Shown here in pieces: positions 38,278 to 49,114 of a stretch of 64,000 nt of DNA (within the stretch, counting starts at the first letter, position 1; each line of letters begins with the position of its first letter). Under the pieces are notes generated by a model. It did no database searches. It worked only from the letters and a program-made list of their open reading frames with translations, and was not told the origin of the DNA. Both the position numbers and the translations under genes were made by a program. Source of the stretch: a virus; IMG/VR virus record IMGVR_UViG_3300047476_000597, positions 32,001 to 96,000 of that record. The stretch is one strand, 5' to 3'.

Positions 38278-38870
38278 TTATGTATACACAAAACGATGAA
38301 GAGTTTTACATCTTAGGGTATTTTAAAGATTTTGTAGGAACCTGTTGTGAGATAGGAGCCAATGATGGAAAATACATAAGTAATACAGCTGCTTTAATAG
38401 ATAGAGGATGGAAGAGTTTTATGGTTGAGCCATCTAAGGCTTTTAATAAACTAAAAGATAACTATGCTGATAATCCTAATGTAGTATGTGTAAACGCTGG
38501 TATTAGTACAAAAGATGAAGATGTTGTGTTTTATGAAGGTAGTGATTCATTATTATCTACTACACAAGAAAAACTAGTAGAGTTTTGGAAAGAGTGTACT
38601 TTTACTCCTACTACTGTAAAGATGCTCACATGGAAAACTTTCTGTGATACATACAATGCAGGTCCTTTTGATTTTATATCACTAGATGCCGAGGGAATGG
38701 ACTGGGATATTTTACAACAGATAGATCTTTCTAATACTAGCATGATATGTATGGAATATACAGCTGGTAATATACAATCCTTTGAGTCTTATTGTAAAAA
38801 ATATGGTATGGTTAAATTAACGCATAATGGCGAAAACCTTATAATGATAAGACCCAAAAAGAATGAATAA
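38268..38870 (+). CDS. FkbM-family SAM methyltransferase
   Basis: EIGANDG, MVEP, SLDAEGMD, ICME. Confidence 0.85.
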   Translation: MVIVMYTQNDEEFYILGYFKDFVGTCCEIGANDGKYISNTAALIDRGWKSFMVEPSKAFNKLKDNYADNPNVVCVNAGISTKDEDVVFYEGSDSLLSTTQEKLVEFWKECTFTPTTVKMLTWKTFCDTYNAGPFDFISLDAEGMDWDILQQIDLSNTSMICMEYTAGNIQSFESYCKKYGMVKLTHNGENLIMIRPKKNE

Positions 38871-41800
38871 AAAACCCTATATAAAAATACCTACTAACAC
38901 TAACGGAGTATGGAGTTATACAGAGTTTCTTTCAAGAGACTCTTTTCGTGTTTTTGTTAAGAACTGTTTTAAAGAGCCTGGTACCTGTGGTTTTAATGAG
39001 GTATCTAAACGATTCAATGAACAAGCTAAGGTGTTTAGTAAGAAAGGGCTGTACTGTGAAGCACCTGAAGGTAGTAGGGACTATATAACATATTGGGATA
39101 CTGAGAAAGAGAAATGTCGTAAAGGTGTTATATTCTCCGATGGTAGTAACAGCTGGTACCTACCTAGAGACTTGTATTTCTGGTGGAACTTTTTGAAGAT
39201 AGCGGATAAAGAGAAAAAGACTGAGGCTTTTCCAGAGGTATGGGATGTTCACTACTACATGGCACTATATAACATACTAGCACAGCTGTATGACAAACAT
39301 AGTGGTATACTGAAAAAGAGGCAGATAGGTAGCTCATTGTATCATATGGCTAAACTCATCAACCTATTGTGGTTTGAAAAATCCCAGATATTAAAGATGG
39401 GAGCATCTGCTAAGGATTATATCAACAACGATAAGGGCAGCTGGTTGATTCTTGATTATTATAGAGATTTTCTAAACAAACACACTGGTTGGTATAGACC
39501 AATGAGCCCGGATAAGAGTGCATCTATGTCCTGGCAACAGAGGTTGGAGGTTAAAGAAAACGGTAGGATTAGTTATGAGGGTAATAGTTCAAAAATTACT
39601 GGTACTTCCTTTGAAAAAAATGCTACTGCTGGTGTTGGTGGTCCCTGCTTATTAAAAGATTCTTTAATATTAATGGCAGATGCTTCCTATAAAAAAGTAC
39701 AAGATATTCTACTAGGAGATCTTATCTGTGGAGCAGATGGTCTACCAAAAAAAGTAGTAGAACTATATAGTGGTGTAGACACTATATATGAGATAAAACA
39801 AACAAGAGGGGCAACCTATTATACTACAGCAGATCACTCACTGTACCTATGGAATCATTATAAAAGCTCTTTTGTAAAAATACTAGCTAAAAATTTTAAT
39901 AATCTATCTATATATAAAAGAACAAAAAAGTTAAGTGGAATAAAGTTTTCAGGTATAAAAGGACAAAAAAAAGAGCTACCTATAGACCCATATTATCTTG
40001 GATTATTTTTAGGTGATGGAACAAGAGGAGATTATAGAATATTAGTAAATGAAACAAAAGACCCTGAAATAGCTGAGTATATAACACAGCTAGCAGAAAC
40101 TGAGATTGGGTATAGACTAACTAAAAGATTTCGTAATCTTACTAGACCTGAATATAATGACACAATGACTGACTATGGAATAGTTAAAAAAGCAAGAGGG
40201 GTTAACTCAAAGTATTCTTTTACTTTTGATGAGTTAGGTCTAGAAAAAAAGCATATACCTAATATATATTATACTAGTTCTAAAGAACAAAGACTAGAAC
40301 TATTAGCTGGTTTAATAGATACAGACGGCTATCTTAACAAAGAAAAAAAGAGATATGAAATATCTATAACTGATAAGGTATTAGCAGACGACATTGTAAA
40401 ATTAAGTATTCAACTAGGTTTTAATACCCAAAGATGTGTTATTGAAAATAGCGGTATAAAATCTACTGTATATAATAAACCTACTAAAAGCCATAGAATA
40501 AATATTACAGGAAATATCTCTATCATACCCTGTAAAGTAAAAAGAAAAATAGCTACAGATGTTTCAACTATGGCTACTAACAATTACAGTAAACTACAAG
40601 TAACCAAGTGGGGAATAGATGAGTATTTTGGGTTTGCTTGTGAGGATAGTTTATTTGTACTGGAAGATGGTACTATTACACACAACTGTAGACTCTTCTT
40701 TCATGAAGAGGCTGGCATTGCCCCTAAGATGGGAGAGACCTTTGAGTTCATGAGGCCGGCTCTTAGTATGGGAGGAATACTCACTGGACAGTTTATTGCA
40801 GCTGGTTCTGTAGGTAATCTTGACCAATGTAAGCCACTAGAAAACATGATTAAGAATCCTCACGGTAATAGTATATATGCTGTAAAGAGTACACTAGTTA
40901 ATGAGAATGGAGATGAAGCCGATACAGGGCTATTCATACCAGAACAATGGGGTCGACCACCACATATAGATCAATACGGTAACTCTCTAGTACAAGAAGC
41001 CCTAGAGGCTATTAAGAAAGAAAGACACGTATGGGAACATGGTAATCCTGTTACCGGAGAAAAACCTATTGATAAAGAAAAACTACAGCTACGTATATCA
41101 CAACAGCCTATTAATATTGATGAGGCTTTTGCTATCCGAAAAACATCTCTATTCCCTAACCGGTATGTAAAACCACAGATACAGAGAATAGAGGATGGTG
41201 AATATAAGATGGAATACGTAGACCTAGAACGTAATGAATTAGGACAGGTTATTACAGTGCCATCTAAAAGACTGCCACTAGAGTATGGTTCCTCTATGAC
41301 ACTAGAGGATAAAAGGGCATGTGTTGTTATATACAAACATCCTATACAAGGTAAAATACCACTAAGAACATACCTAGGTTCTATTGACCCTGTAGCTGGT
41401 GATAAGAGTATTACCTCAGCATCATTAGCATGTATATACATATACGAAATGCCTATCTATCGTGTACATACTAACCCTGATGGAACAAAAGAAACTACTA
41501 CAGAAGGCGGTAGGTTAGTAGCATCTTGGACCGGTAGGTATGATGATGTTAATGAAACTAACGAACAGTTGTCTATGTTAGTTGAGTACTATCAGGCGTA
41601 TACAACGTGTGAGTATAATGTTGGTACCTGGGTACAGTACATGATTGCTAAAAAAAGAACCAGATATGTAGCTGTTAAAGAAGATATGATGTATGATAAA
41701 GAGTTAGGAATAACCCAATCATCTATGAATAACTATGGTTGGTACAACGTTGATAGAGTATGGAAAAAGATGTTACAAGATTCTATAGACTATATAGCTG

Positions 41801-42192
41801 AAGAAATACTAGTAATAAAAGGAGAGGACGGAGAAAAGAAAAAAGTAGAGTACGGAATAACACGTATTCCTGATATATGGTTATTAAGAGAGATGCAACA
41901 GTATCAAGAAAAGGATGGCCGAAACTATGACCGTATAATAGCTTTCTGTGCTCTTGTAGCTTTTGTTAATATACGTCTTAGTACATTACCTGGTCTGTAT
42001 ACTGATACACATGTTAACAGTAGCAGTGAGCAAACAGACAAAGATAAAAAGATGAGTAGTAATGATAATATACGTATCTTTAAAGAGAACACACAAACAT
42101 TTAGGAATCTTCTTGGAATGGACAGTAATACCAGTGTTACTAGCGATTACAGCAAATACAAAAGAAGATCTCCTTTCAAAAACCTAAGATAA
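38863..42192 (+). CDS. terL: Terminase large subunit (contains an intein)
   Basis: Walker A KKRQIGSS, Walker B FFHEEAG, nuclease GSIDPV, NYDRI; lies upstream of the portal. Confidence 0.92.
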   Translation: MNKKPYIKIPTNTNGVWSYTEFLSRDSFRVFVKNCFKEPGTCGFNEVSKRFNEQAKVFSKKGLYCEAPEGSRDYITYWDTEKEKCRKGVIFSDGSNSWYLPRDLYFWWNFLKIADKEKKTEAFPEVWDVHYYMALYNILAQLYDKHSGILKKRQIGSSLYHMAKLINLLWFEKSQILKMGASAKDYINNDKGSWLILDYYRDFLNKHTGWYRPMSPDKSASMSWQQRLEVKENGRISYEGNSSKITGTSFEKNATAGVGGPCLLKDSLILMADASYKKVQDILLGDLICGADGLPKKVVELYSGVDTIYEIKQTRGATYYTTADHSLYLWNHYKSSFVKILAKNFNNLSIYKRTKKLSGIKFSGIKGQKKELPIDPYYLGLFLGDGTRGDYRILVNETKDPEIAEYITQLAETEIGYRLTKRFRNLTRPEYNDTMTDYGIVKKARGVNSKYSFTFDELGLEKKHIPNIYYTSSKEQRLELLAGLIDTDGYLNKEKKRYEISITDKVLADDIVKLSIQLGFNTQRCVIENSGIKSTVYNKPTKSHRINITGNISIIPCKVKRKIATDVSTMATNNYSKLQVTKWGIDEYFGFACEDSLFVLEDGTITHNCRLFFHEEAGIAPKMGETFEFMRPALSMGGILTGQFIAAGSVGNLDQCKPLENMIKNPHGNSIYAVKSTLVNENGDEADTGLFIPEQWGRPPHIDQYGNSLVQEALEAIKKERHVWEHGNPVTGEKPIDKEKLQLRISQQPINIDEAFAIRKTSLFPNRYVKPQIQRIEDGEYKMEYVDLERNELGQVITVPSKRLPLEYGSSMTLEDKRACVVIYKHPIQGKIPLRTYLGSIDPVAGDKSITSASLACIYIYEMPIYRVHTNPDGTKETTTEGGRLVASWTGRYDDVNETNEQLSMLVEYYQAYTTCEYNVGTWVQYMIAKKRTRYVAVKEDMMYDKELGITQSSMNNYGWYNVDRVWKKMLQDSIDYIAEEILVIKGEDGEKKKVEYGITRIPDIWLLREMQQYQEKDGRNYDRIIAFCALVAFVNIRLSTLPGLYTDTHVNSSSEQTDKDKKMSSNDNIRIFKENTQTFRNLLGMDSNTSVTSDYSKYKRRSPFKNLR
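39646..40686 (+). mobile_element. Intein with LAGLIDADG homing endonuclease (347 aa)
   Basis: GGP/CLLKDSLILMAD ... ITHN/C junctions; TADH block B; LGLFLGDG and LAGLIDTDG. Confidence 0.93.
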
Positions 42193-44948
42193 TGGGAGTA
42201 GTTGATGCAGTACAATTAAAGAATGGTTATGTAGATAAACACAATGTTGCAAAAGGAATACTAATGCAACCATTGTCTTTTATACCTGATTCGCAAAAGG
42301 ATATAAACTGGTCTGCTCGGTATATGGATTATATTGAGTATGAAGGACTACGACAGATAAAAAGAAATGCTAGTAAGTTTATAAAAAACTATAACCTAGC
42401 TAATGGTACTATAGACCATACAGACTATGTAAGAACTGATGGGGAACATGCAGAGCTAATACAATCTTGCCTAAAAGAAGGAACTGGAACTAGTGCATTA
42501 CATTTTTATCCACTGGCAGATAACCTAGTAGAAGTTCTTACTAATGAGTTTTCTAAGAGGAATAGTAAGGTAACATTCGATCTCAGAGATGTGTATTCTC
42601 AGAATGAGTTGTTTGATGCTAAAACTGCAGAGGTAGAACAAACACTACTGCAGCAAGCTTATATTAAGCAACGACAGAAAATGGAGCAGTTAGGGTTTAC
42701 TGAAGACAGTGAAGAGGGTCAGCAGCTGGTAGGAAAAAATGCTATAAAGAGTTTACCAGAGATACAGCAGTTTTATAACACTGGCTATAAGAACCAGCTG
42801 ATCCACTGGGCTATGGACCGTATGCATAAAGACTCTGATAGATTTTATATGCCAGAATTAGAACGACTGCAGTTTAAAAACATGTTGATTGTGGATAGGG
42901 AGTTTTGGCATTTTAGAATGTTAGAAAACGACTATCAGGTAGAGATGTGGAACCCTTTACTCACATACTATAAAAAATCTCCTAGGACTAAATACATAGC
43001 AGATGGTCTTTTTGTCGGTACCTCAGAGTTATGGGCAATACCAGATGTAGTAGACCTTCTAGGGTGGATGATGACAGACGAGCAGCTGGAATCACTAGAC
43101 CGCATATACCCCTCTACTGGTCTTAACTATATACAAGAAGGAGTACAGAATGATGGAGCTATGTACGATAACACACAATCGTATGAGTGGAACTCGGAAG
43201 GGCCTGGTGTAGCTATGAGACAGTTTATGTCTATGAAACAGGCTATGGGTGATCCAAACTCTTTTAATGGTGACATTATATACAAAGTTCTTGGAGAAGC
43301 TGAAGATATGAAAGGTAACTATCGTCAGTTTTTTGCTAGGGTATCTACTATATACTGGAAGACATATAGAAAAGTAGGTAGACTGATTAAGATAGATGAA
43401 TATGGCAATCAGTTTCAAGAGTTTGTTACTGAGGACTATGTTATTATGGATAAACCACTATATGATACTACTATAATAAAAACCAAAACCGCAGAAAACC
43501 TTATATACGGAGAGCACATAGAATGGACATACAATACAGAGGTATGGGGTGGTGTTAAGGTAGGCCCTTGTTTACCAATGGGTTATACTGCTGCTAATCA
43601 AGGATTATTCAATCCTATCTATTTAGGATTGAATGACAAAAAACCAGGTAGACTCCCTTTTCAGTTTAAAGGTACCGATAATACATTCGGATGTAAGCTA
43701 CCTGTAGAAGGAGCAGTATTCCATGACTACAATGTGTCTAGCAGATCCTTTATAGATAGATTATATCCATGGCAGATAGGCTATAACATGATGATGAACA
43801 TGGTTATAGACCTCAACATAGATGAGTTAGGTAATATTCTTATACTAGACCAGAATGTATTACCAAAACACTCTCTAGGAGAAGAATGGGGAGAAGGCAA
43901 TTTCTTTAAAGCACTAGGACTAGCTAGAGACCTTTCTTTATTGCCAGTAGATACTACTCGTACTAATACTCAACAGGCTATACATCAAGGGTTTGCTCAG
44001 AAACTAGACATGAGTCAAACTGAGAGAATATTGGCAAAAGCCAACCTTGCCATGTTCTTTAAACAAGGAGCTCTTAGTTCAGTGGGTTTCACACCAGAAA
44101 GAATGGGTACACCTATAGACAGAGAGGTAACAGCTACACAGATCAACCAAGGAGTAGCTTCTTCATTTGCTCAGACTGAACAATATTTCATAGACCACTG
44201 TGATGGTCTTATGCCTAGAGTACACCAACAACGTACAGAACTAGCACAATACTATACAGCTAAGAATCCTTCAGTACGTATTCAATATAGTACAGACAGC
44301 CTTAGTCAGGTAGTACTAGAAATGACTAGTGATAATCTGTTACTACGTGATTTTGGTGTTTATGCCAAAACAGATATTAACAGCAGACATATACTAGAGC
44401 AGGTTAAGCAGCTGGTAGTAGCTAACAACACATCAGGAGCTTCTATATTCGACCTAGTAAGAACATTGAAAATAGACAATACTGCTGATATGGATACCCT
44501 TATGAACAGTATAGAAAAAAGAACACAGCAAGAACAACAAGCACAAGCACAACAAGCACAGGAGCAGTTTGAAAAAGAGCAAGAACAGCTGTGGGCTATA
44601 CACGAAGATACTCAAGCACATCAGATGGAAGCTCTTAATATGAAACTAGCTAATGACCGATATGTAGCAGAGGTTAAGGCAGCTGGTATGTCAGGTTCAG
44701 TAGACCTAGATGCTAATAAGCAGAATGATTACATGGACAACCTAAAGATGATACAAGGGCAAGAACAGCATAATGATAAGATGTCTTTTGATAGAGAGAA
44801 GGAGGTAACTAGAAATGCACTAGAGAATAAAAAACTACAACTAAGACAAGAGGAGATTCAAGCACAGAATATGAGGACACGCCAGGAAATACAGGTAGCA
44901 AAGATCAATAACAAGGTAAAAGAAAAAGAAAAGAGTAAGAAAAAATAG
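42192..44948 (+). CDS. Portal protein (crAss-like)
   Basis: 918 aa following TerL; GFTPERMG motif; coiled-coil C-terminus. Confidence 0.85.
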   Translation: MGVVDAVQLKNGYVDKHNVAKGILMQPLSFIPDSQKDINWSARYMDYIEYEGLRQIKRNASKFIKNYNLANGTIDHTDYVRTDGEHAELIQSCLKEGTGTSALHFYPLADNLVEVLTNEFSKRNSKVTFDLRDVYSQNELFDAKTAEVEQTLLQQAYIKQRQKMEQLGFTEDSEEGQQLVGKNAIKSLPEIQQFYNTGYKNQLIHWAMDRMHKDSDRFYMPELERLQFKNMLIVDREFWHFRMLENDYQVEMWNPLLTYYKKSPRTKYIADGLFVGTSELWAIPDVVDLLGWMMTDEQLESLDRIYPSTGLNYIQEGVQNDGAMYDNTQSYEWNSEGPGVAMRQFMSMKQAMGDPNSFNGDIIYKVLGEAEDMKGNYRQFFARVSTIYWKTYRKVGRLIKIDEYGNQFQEFVTEDYVIMDKPLYDTTIIKTKTAENLIYGEHIEWTYNTEVWGGVKVGPCLPMGYTAANQGLFNPIYLGLNDKKPGRLPFQFKGTDNTFGCKLPVEGAVFHDYNVSSRSFIDRLYPWQIGYNMMMNMVIDLNIDELGNILILDQNVLPKHSLGEEWGEGNFFKALGLARDLSLLPVDTTRTNTQQAIHQGFAQKLDMSQTERILAKANLAMFFKQGALSSVGFTPERMGTPIDREVTATQINQGVASSFAQTEQYFIDHCDGLMPRVHQQRTELAQYYTAKNPSVRIQYSTDSLSQVVLEMTSDNLLLRDFGVYAKTDINSRHILEQVKQLVVANNTSGASIFDLVRTLKIDNTADMDTLMNSIEKRTQQEQQAQAQQAQEQFEKEQEQLWAIHEDTQAHQMEALNMKLANDRYVAEVKAAGMSGSVDLDANKQNDYMDNLKMIQGQEQHNDKMSFDREKEVTRNALENKKLQLRQEEIQAQNMRTRQEIQVAKINNKVKEKEKSKKK

Positions 44949-45017
44949 AAATAGCTATAAATCACATTACTGGCTTTTCTGTTTACATATTATTGATGTA
45001 ATAACGGACAAACAATA

Positions 45018-45026
45018 TATCTTTAA
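45018..45026 (+). promoter_or_regulatory. TATCTTTAA candidate late-promoter box (also at 51569, 55805, 57258, 62071)
   Basis: Identical 9-mer in intergenic gaps before structural genes; a variant of TAnnTTTG. Confidence 0.6.
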
Positions 45027-45049
45027 CATAGGAACCAAAATAATAAACA

Positions 45050-46291
45050 ATGGAAACATTACAAACAGTAGTAACACCACAAGAAATAGACCTCTCAGTT
45101 TTTGGGTTTAGAGATACTGTAGGTACGCCTATAGACACAACTAGTGACCAAACATTTCCTGGTGTATTAGGCAATACAGAGCCTTTTTCACTACAACCAT
45201 TAGTAGGTAATGAACCAGCTGCTACAACTAGTAGCACTGAAGAGCCTTTTTCTTTTTCTAAAGAAGATGTAGCACAGACAGAAACTACTACAGATGATGT
45301 AGATTCTACTGTAGGCAGAAAAAAGATAGGTAAAGATGCTCTAGTTGAGTATCTGGCTGCTAAGGTGAATGATGGAGTATATGCTGTATGGGAAGATTAT
45401 AAAGACGATGTACCTGTTACTGATTATTTATCTTCTTTACCAGCTAAAAAACTACAAGAGCTGTTAGATGAGAATATAACCAATAGTAGAGAGGCAGCCC
45501 TTAAAGAAAAAGAAGATGTTTATACACAAGAGATATTAGCTGCATTACCAGAGCAGTTTCAAGCAGCTTATGAATATGCTCGTAATGGTGGACAAGACTG
45601 GGATAGTTTCTATGCAGCAATGGGAGCTGCTAACAGAACGGCTCAATTAGACCCTAACAATGAAGACCATCAGGTAGAGATTGCTAGAGAATATTTGTAT
45701 GCTACTAATTTTGGGGATGCTGCTCTTATAGAAGACCAGCTGGCAGAGTGGAAAACATCTGGTAGATTAGCTGATAGGGTGCAACAGTTTAAACCAGCTC
45801 TTGATAATATGAGAGCGCAAGAACTAGAAGCATACAATAGACAGCAACAAGAGCAGAATAGGCTACAGGAAGAAGCTGCAAAACAGTTTATCAGCAATGT
45901 AGCTACAACAATAAAAACAGGAGACATAGCTGGAATAAAACTAGATATTAAAAAACAGAAAGATGTCTATAAGGCTCTTACTATAGCAGACCAACCATCT
46001 ATATTTGGTGCAACTACTACATCATTAGGAGCTAAGATAGAAAACCTAATGTATGTTAATCCAGACCCGGCAAAACTAGCATTAGTAGAACTATTACTAT
46101 CAGACCAAGAAGCATTTTTTAAAGCAGTAGGACAACCCTTCAAGAACGAACAGGTAGCTGAGGACTTTAAGAAACTCAAAATGGTTAACCAAGCTGGTAA
46201 TGCTAGTACTGGTGGGGCACCACAGAATCAAGAACCTAAACCAAAAATAAAGAAAATACAAACTAACTCTTTTTCAGATCTTCTTAAATAA
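45050..46291 (+). CDS. Acidic scaffold-like protein
   Basis: Lies between portal and capsid; acidic and helical. Confidence 0.6.
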   Translation: METLQTVVTPQEIDLSVFGFRDTVGTPIDTTSDQTFPGVLGNTEPFSLQPLVGNEPAATTSSTEEPFSFSKEDVAQTETTTDDVDSTVGRKKIGKDALVEYLAAKVNDGVYAVWEDYKDDVPVTDYLSSLPAKKLQELLDENITNSREAALKEKEDVYTQEILAALPEQFQAAYEYARNGGQDWDSFYAAMGAANRTAQLDPNNEDHQVEIAREYLYATNFGDAALIEDQLAEWKTSGRLADRVQQFKPALDNMRAQELEAYNRQQQEQNRLQEEAAKQFISNVATTIKTGDIAGIKLDIKKQKDVYKALTIADQPSIFGATTTSLGAKIENLMYVNPDPAKLALVELLLSDQEAFFKAVGQPFKNEQVAEDFKKLKMVNQAGNASTGGAPQNQEPKPKIKKIQTNSFSDLLK

Positions 46292-46314
46292 CAAACAATA
46301 AAACCAACAATAAC

Positions 46315-47952
46315 ATGACACCAAGTTTTAACAATGGGATTTTTCTCCGACAGACTAACATAGAGTTCGGCTCTGACTGGAACATGCAGCATATGATGGC
46401 TATGTCCAAAAACCAACAACCTACGGATTTGGGTCCGGTTGAGTTTTGGATGCAGTTGAAAAAGATATGGGCACCTCTGTACTCTATGACTGCTTTTACT
46501 AGTAGCCAAAAAATACCAGTTACCGATATGGCTGGTAGGTATTCTTGGCAGGTACCAGAGCTTAATGATATGCCACGTATAGTGCGTGATGTTGAGCCTA
46601 CTAACACACAAAAAGGTCGTGGTGGTACACTGTTCAAAATAGCCCTTAACAGGAAGGCGTATGGTCTTAATGCTATTCTTACCTATGACAAGTTCAGTGG
46701 TATGGAGTTTATCGTAACAGATATTCAAGACTACTCTGACAATGAGTTTATCTATATCTGTCGTTTGGTTAACGGTAATAGCGATCTGTTTCTTCCTAAT
46801 GATGTTCTTATACCACAGACACCTATATTCAGAATGGGTTCTGCTAAAGGTGAGTATAGCGAGAACTACGACTCTATTAATACAAAAGCTAGTTACCGTG
46901 AGTATTATAACTATACTGCAACTGCAGAGGCTAACTTTGAGATGAGCATATCTGATAGGGCTCAGTACATAATGCACTCAAAAGCAGCAGCTGGTACTAA
47001 AGGTTTACCTATCCAAGAAGTTTGGAAATTTGACCCTGAAACATCTAAGGATGTATCTACCTATGGTGTAGACCCTATTCTGAATAAATTAGGTTCTACT
47101 GAGGTTATGAAGCGTATACAAGACGGTACTATATGGTACGGTTTCTGTACTCAACTAGAGTTGCAAGGACAAAAGAAAATAGCTGCTGATATTGAGAACT
47201 ACGGCATGTGGGGTAAAGGTGGTAAAATATCTATGCCTGATGGTCGTGATGATGCTCGTTTGCCTGTAGGTATATGGAGACAGCTGGACAATGCATACAA
47301 ACGTGCTTATAACGTAGGTGTGTCTATATTGCCTATTCTAGAAAACCAGATCAAAAACTTCTTTAATGGTCGTGTTGATTTTGTAGGACCTGACCCAGAA
47401 AGAAAATTGATTATACAGACTGGTATGGGTGGTATGCAACAGGCCATGGCAGAGATTAAGAAAATGGCTAACAGCTCTGGTCTTGTACAAAATGCTTCTG
47501 AGATAGGTGCAATTAGTGGAAAGGCCATGAGTCTTGATTTTGGGTATGCATTCCAGAGCTATGTTATACCGTTCTTGGCTAATGTTAAGTTCCAACTAAA
47601 CCCGGCTCTTGATGCTGTAGAAGCTAATGAACGTGAGAATCCAATGTTGAACGGTTACAGATTGTCTTCTTATGCTTACATCATAATGGATGTAACTAAC
47701 AACCTTTCTGATAACATATTCCAGCTAGAAAACACTAACCTGAATCCAGCATTCAAATGGAGATATGTTAATGGTACAGCTGACTATATGATGAGAACAT
47801 CTGGTTTCCAATCATCTGGCAACTTCTCAGGTTTCAAACTGTATATGACTCAGTTGATGAAGACCTTCTGGATTAAAGATCCGACTAAGGTTCTGAAAGT
47901 GGTACCAATCAACCCAATTACAAAACTACCTTTTGGTTCTTTTTCATACTAA
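46315..47952 (+). CDS. Major capsid protein (crAss-like)
   Basis: Position, size, QTGMGGM and IKDPTK motifs; followed by a terminator. Confidence 0.85.
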   Translation: MTPSFNNGIFLRQTNIEFGSDWNMQHMMAMSKNQQPTDLGPVEFWMQLKKIWAPLYSMTAFTSSQKIPVTDMAGRYSWQVPELNDMPRIVRDVEPTNTQKGRGGTLFKIALNRKAYGLNAILTYDKFSGMEFIVTDIQDYSDNEFIYICRLVNGNSDLFLPNDVLIPQTPIFRMGSAKGEYSENYDSINTKASYREYYNYTATAEANFEMSISDRAQYIMHSKAAAGTKGLPIQEVWKFDPETSKDVSTYGVDPILNKLGSTEVMKRIQDGTIWYGFCTQLELQGQKKIAADIENYGMWGKGGKISMPDGRDDARLPVGIWRQLDNAYKRAYNVGVSILPILENQIKNFFNGRVDFVGPDPERKLIIQTGMGGMQQAMAEIKKMANSSGLVQNASEIGAISGKAMSLDFGYAFQSYVIPFLANVKFQLNPALDAVEANERENPMLNGYRLSSYAYIIMDVTNNLSDNIFQLENTNLNPAFKWRYVNGTADYMMRTSGFQSSGNFSGFKLYMTQLMKTFWIKDPTKVLKVVPINPITKLPFGSFSY

Positions 47953-47970
47953 GAGGTACAAAAATAAAAG

Positions 47971-48004
47971 AAATAAGAGAGCTAATAACTCTCTTATTTT
48001 TTTT
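47971..48004 (+). terminator. Intrinsic terminator after the capsid gene
   Basis: aataagagag...ctctcttatt followed by a T-run. Confidence 0.75.
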
Positions 48005-48047
48005 ATTGTATACTATTACATATCTTTGAGTCACAAAAAGAACTAAA

Positions 48048-49097
48048 ATGGAAAAAATACAAAAACAGAGTTACAGCATCTCTCCTTTTATTCCTGCTGC
48101 ATTTGACATAGGACAGAAAAAATACGGACAGGTTCTATATGAAGGAGCCAAACAGGTGACATCTCCTACAGCTATCTATGAGAACAAAACTGTTACCTAT
48201 ATAACAGGACTCAATGAGACCGGACCAGAAGTAATGTCACTACCAGCAGAGGACAGACCTAAGAAGATTCTAGAGATTAGAAAATTTATAGCCCTCTGTG
48301 AAAACGAGCTAACTGGTAACTACGATGTTTCTCCTGATAATGTTGAAGACAAGGCATCGTTTTACAAAAATGTAAAAACATTCAAAAGCGTCATCCCTAT
48401 AGAAAAAGACGAATATGGATATAATGCTACTACTATCTGGGATTCTTTTGAGTTAGAGCTTACTAACTACTCTCACATACTAATGAGTGATAACCTAAAA
48501 GACCGCATCATAGCTTACATAGCAGCAGCTGGTGGGTATTCTATGGTTGCAAGTTCTCTATCAGTAGCACAGACTACCGGCAAATACCTATTCTATTTTG
48601 ATAGTACTGAAGAGTCTGCTAGTGATAGAATATCCCTGTCTAGAGAACGTAATAAAGCAGGTGCTTTGTTAGAGCTAATGTTAGATAAGAATACTAATAA
48701 GCTGTTCTATGTTACTAAACTGATTAGTAAGAATCCATTGCAATGGAGAACTGGTACCAATGCATCACCTGTTAATCTTATGTATGAAGCATGTGAACGT
48801 TTTATAGAAGGTGAAGGCAAGATAACTAGTAAAAAAGATGCTATTGAGAAATTTTTATCATTGGCATCTCCTAAAAAAGACCAAGATGATCTTCGTATAG
48901 AATGCTATATACAGGACGGTTTCTTGTTAGGACAGCTGCTAGTACAAACAGATGGTACTGTAGTACATGTTCCAACGCACACACCACTAGGAAAAGGAGG
49001 AGACAATTTGTTTGCTTATCTAAAAGCAGGGGGTGAATCAGAACCAGTCTATAAAGCATTAGCAGCAGCTGTTGAAAAAGAATGGAAAGGTGAGTAA
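48048..49097 (+). CDS. Conserved crAss-like protein following the MCP
   Basis: YITGL motif and synteny; TATCTTTG at 48021. Confidence 0.65.
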   Translation: MEKIQKQSYSISPFIPAAFDIGQKKYGQVLYEGAKQVTSPTAIYENKTVTYITGLNETGPEVMSLPAEDRPKKILEIRKFIALCENELTGNYDVSPDNVEDKASFYKNVKTFKSVIPIEKDEYGYNATTIWDSFELELTNYSHILMSDNLKDRIIAYIAAAGGYSMVASSLSVAQTTGKYLFYFDSTEESASDRISLSRERNKAGALLELMLDKNTNKLFYVTKLISKNPLQWRTGTNASPVNLMYEACERFIEGEGKITSKKDAIEKFLSLASPKKDQDDLRIECYIQDGFLLGQLLVQTDGTVVHVPTHTPLGKGGDNLFAYLKAGGESEPVYKALAAAVEKEWKGE

Positions 49098-49114
49098 TCT
49101 AATAACTACTACTG

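Noticed and set aside
46228-46977. 249-aa antisense ORF over the capsid gene, and similar antisense ORFs elsewhere
   Set aside because: These are shadows of biased codon usage on the coding strand, with no motifs or leaders.
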